Assembly: GCA_036339875.1 (NCBI GenBank)
Contig: JAYZAC010000163.1
Location: 1-10,780, forward strand
DNA from: a bacterium
Lineage (GTDB): Bacteria > Muiribacteriota > UBA6191
Reading direction: 5' to 3'
DNA: 10,780 nt
The position numbers were made by a program, and so were the translations under genes. This document shows positions 8,726 to 10,780 of the stretch, in pieces. How positions within the stretch are numbered: the stretch's first letter is position 1; each line of letters opens with the position of its first letter. Below the pieces are notes generated by a model. That model was not told where the DNA came from. It saw only the letters and a list, made by a program, of their open reading frames with translations, and made no database searches.

Positions 8726-10270
8726 TCAAAAGAGAAATTCAGCTTCTAACCAAGCAGTATTTAACTTTGGTCCAATAGCATTTGAAAGTTTATTCGCCGT
8801 AAAATACTTACCGCCCCGAAATTTGGCATAGCCCAACTTAAAATTAGTTTGCTTTGACCGCTCCCAGCATAATTCTAAATTTAATTCTTGCCCCAGTTCA
8901 GGATTAAATTCACCATTATCGTTAGCTGCCGGTAAATCTGGATTTTGAATTCCTACCCTAGTTTGACGAATCGAGGGGGTTAACATTAAAGCCCCGGAAC
9001 TTGTTTCAACTAATCTGTAATCATGAAAATCCACACCAAAACTAAGTTTTGATTTTGGAGTTTTTAAATTCCATGAAAGTTGTGTATCTAAAACATTACT
9101 AGGACCTAGAATATCAGCTTTACCTAAAAGCCCCTCAAAAGCCGGCACTACAGGTATAAAACCCTCAAAGCGATGCCCAGGCTCGGCACCCCTAACTTTA
9201 TCGCCACTGAACGCCTGTAATTGAATCGCCCAATTACCCCATTGCGAGGTTTTGTATTGCGTCGCTAATTCAAACATCCAAGCTCTGAAATTAAATTCTC
9301 CAATAGCTCGACGACGTCCAACTCCAGTCTGTAAAGTTTTTGATACAGACCAATCAAATGAAGTACCTCTGCGTGTCCAGCGACTGACAAAATGATTTAA
9401 GTAGTTCTGACCGGGCAATAAATTAGGAATCATAGACCGAGGTATATCGCGATTTTGCAACCATGCCAGCCGCAAATCGCCGCCATGTACATTTTTAATC
9501 AGAGAATCTAAATGAAAAAATCCATAATCCCAGCCCTGATTTAAGGGATTTGTAAAAAAATCGGCATCTTCTAAATTTTTCAAATCCGCTACTGTTAAGC
9601 GAACAGGAAGATTTTCAGTAAGTTGATAATCAAAAATCAATTGACCCACTGATTGAGGATCATCTCTCCACTGTTCAAAACCAAATAATCCAGCAAAACC
9701 AGTCTTAATGGGAGCATAAGAAGCTTTGAATTTCAATTTTCGGCTTAAATCATAACTTAATTCACCGTGCTTCAACCAAGGACCTCCTGAATCTGTATAA
9801 GCTTCATTAAATAAAGTATCAGGCCCGGATATACTTGATAAATCACGTAGTTCAAATTGTACGCCTAAACGATTCCAATGACGCTTTGCACCCAAAGTAA
9901 ACTCCATAAGCCCGAAACTTCTTGAGATAGCCTGTGTTTCTCTCTTTAAGTTATTACGCTGATCAGCGCGTAATAGAAGTGAAGAATACAATTGTGTTTT
10001 TGATTTACGTTGTTCATGCGAGTTGAACTCTACCTCTAAATGATTTAATCGCTTATCAAATAAATCTAATTGCTCTCTAATCGAACTTTGTATCTTAGCG
10101 CCTAGTTTGTGACCATTTGAAGACAACTCTGTTCGACTTATTTTTTGTATTACTGGGTTCAAGTTTTGTAACAGTTCAAGATGAGTGATTGCTTGCAGAC
10201 TAGATTGACAGTATGACTTGGAAAGCAACAGGCATAAAAGCCCGCAATATGTGGCATATTTAAGATTCAT
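8726..10270 (-). CDS. Outer-membrane beta-barrel protein, alginate export (AlgE-like) family-related, with N-terminal coiled coil (514 aa)
   Basis: Signal-peptide-like N-terminus; amphipathic beta strands; terminal WLEAEFLF (C-terminal Phe, BAM beta-signal). Motifs SGD...F.P......G.AD..G..N..D and LGxELxL...LGYAxFxxGxYF are typical of the C-terminal half of alginate-export-family barrels. Substrate unknown. Confidence 0.8.
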   Translation of the reverse strand: MNLKYATYCGLLCLLLSKSYCQSSLQAITHLELLQNLNPVIQKISRTELSSNGHKLGAKIQSSIREQLDLFDKRLNHLEVEFNSHEQRKSKTQLYSSLLLRADQRNNLKRETQAISRSFGLMEFTLGAKRHWNRLGVQFELRDLSSISGPDTLFNEAYTDSGGPWLKHGELSYDLSRKLKFKASYAPIKTGFAGLFGFEQWRDDPQSVGQLIFDYQLTENLPVRLTVADLKNLEDADFFTNPLNQGWDYGFFHLDSLIKNVHGGDLRLAWLQNRDIPRSMIPNLLPGQNYLNHFVSRWTRRGTSFDWSVSKTLQTGVGRRRAIGEFNFRAWMFELATQYKTSQWGNWAIQLQAFSGDKVRGAEPGHRFEGFIPVVPAFEGLLGKADILGPSNVLDTQLSWNLKTPKSKLSFGVDFHDYRLVETSSGALMLTPSIRQTRVGIQNPDLPAANDNGEFNPELGQELNLELCWERSKQTNFKLGYAKFRGGKYFTANKLSNAIGPKLNTAWLEAEFLF

Positions 10271-10308
10271 CTATACCCTGCATCGAACAAAAAATAAGTC
10301 GAACAGAG
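10127..10308. repeat. Perfect 22-bp inverted repeat flanking a 138-bp segment
   Basis: 10127-10148 ctctgttcgacttattttttgt is the exact reverse complement of 10287-10308 acaaaaaataagtcgaacagag. Confidence 0.95.
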
Positions 10309-10320
10309 CGCTGCAAAGAC

Positions 10321-10353
10321 ATTGAAAACCTAAGTTAAGACAAGGTTTACAAT
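10321..10353. promoter_or_regulatory. Imperfect palindrome (11-11-11), candidate operator upstream of the 514-aa gene
   Basis: attgaaaacct (10321-10331), 11-nt spacer, aggtttacaat (10343-10353); arms complementary at 10 of 11 positions; intergenic, between terminator and start codon. Confidence 0.45.
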
Positions 10354-10397
10354 TAATATTTCGGTAGTAGATTTTTTGGATGAAATCTGATTAGATC

Positions 10398-10430
10398 AAT
10401 AAAAAACCCCCACTCCAAAGAGCGGGGGCT
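10398..10430 (-). terminator. Rho-independent terminator of the upstream beta-barrel gene
   Basis: Minus strand AGCCCCCGCTC-TTTG-GAGTGGGGGTT-TTTTATT: GC-rich stem with G-U pairs, 4-nt loop and U-tract, starting 27 nt after the TAA. Confidence 0.92.
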
Positions 10431-10457
10431 ATATCTAAGCTAATTTATAAACTTAAA

Positions 10458-10780
10458 TTAGAACTTAACGTTGGCATTTAACCAAGTGTAAGTTACATCT
10501 GGGCTATTACCGTTTGCATTATTAGCAGTGAAGTAATCACCAGCATCAAATGCTGCGTAACCTAGAGCTAAACTTACGTCGTTAGAAAGTGTATGCTTCC
10601 AAATAAGATCTAGTTCATTACCTAAATCATCGTCAGCCACAGTGTTAGCATTTAAAGCTTCGGTTGGATTAGTAGGAGCAAATCCAGTCCATCCAGTTAA
10701 ACCTGCACCTGCACCACCTAGTATTGGTAAGTCACCATCAACATTCTCTAAAGAGAACATGTGGTAAGCAAGATGGAAGC
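10458..10780 (-). CDS. C-terminal part of an outer-membrane beta-barrel protein (alginate export-like), paralogue of 8726..10270; 5' end outside window
   Basis: Frame stays open beyond the track's ATG at 10760 to the window edge (FHLAYH-MFSLE...), so that Met is probably internal. LGNELDL, LGYAAFDAGDYFTAN and terminal WLNANVKF align with the downstream gene's C-terminus. Confidence 0.85.
   Translation of the reverse strand, partial: FHLAYHMFSLENVDGDLPILGGAGAGLTGWTGFAPTNPTEALNANTVADDDLGNELDLIWKHTLSNDVSLALGYAAFDAGDYFTANNANGNSPDVTYTWLNANVKF

Noticed and set aside
10205..10233. TTGACA inside the putative invertible segment as an invertible promoter
   Set aside because: No -10 hexamer at 16-18 nt spacing on the plus strand.
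8726..10270. Calling the barrel algE / an alginate biosynthesis locus
   Set aside because: No glycosyltransferase, epimerase or other alg gene in the window; the fold family is broad, so no symbol was assigned.
1..10780. CRISPR array, tRNA/rRNA, transposase, integrase, RHS/YD or RTX repeats
   Set aside because: No regularly spaced repeats, RNA gene signatures, recombinase motifs, YD cores or GGxGxD nonapeptides were seen.

Overview
AT-rich bacterial DNA with three co-oriented minus-strand genes, apparently a cell-envelope locus of a diderm organism. (1) 10458..>10780 is the 3' end of an outer-membrane beta-barrel gene (alginate-export/AlgE-like C-terminus), followed by a strong intrinsic terminator. 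(2) 8726..10270 is a complete 514-aa paralogous barrel with a signal peptide and an N-terminal coiled coil. (3) <1..8526 is a giant ORF absent from the ORF track because it has no stop codon inside the window. I translated all 2842 codons by hand: a secreted modular surface protein, Cys-free after the signal peptide, with Trp-rich N-terminal repeats, four CHB_HEX_C/Fn3-associated modules in a 528-bp ABAB duplication, Ig-like domains and two long beta-propeller-like regions. The most unexpected non-coding signal is a perfect 22-bp inverted repeat (10127-10148 / 10287-10308) bracketing the RBS, start codon and signal peptide of the 514-aa gene. It is a candidate invertible ON/OFF switch or long-range mRNA hairpin. 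Family assignments come from motif recognition by eye, not from searches.
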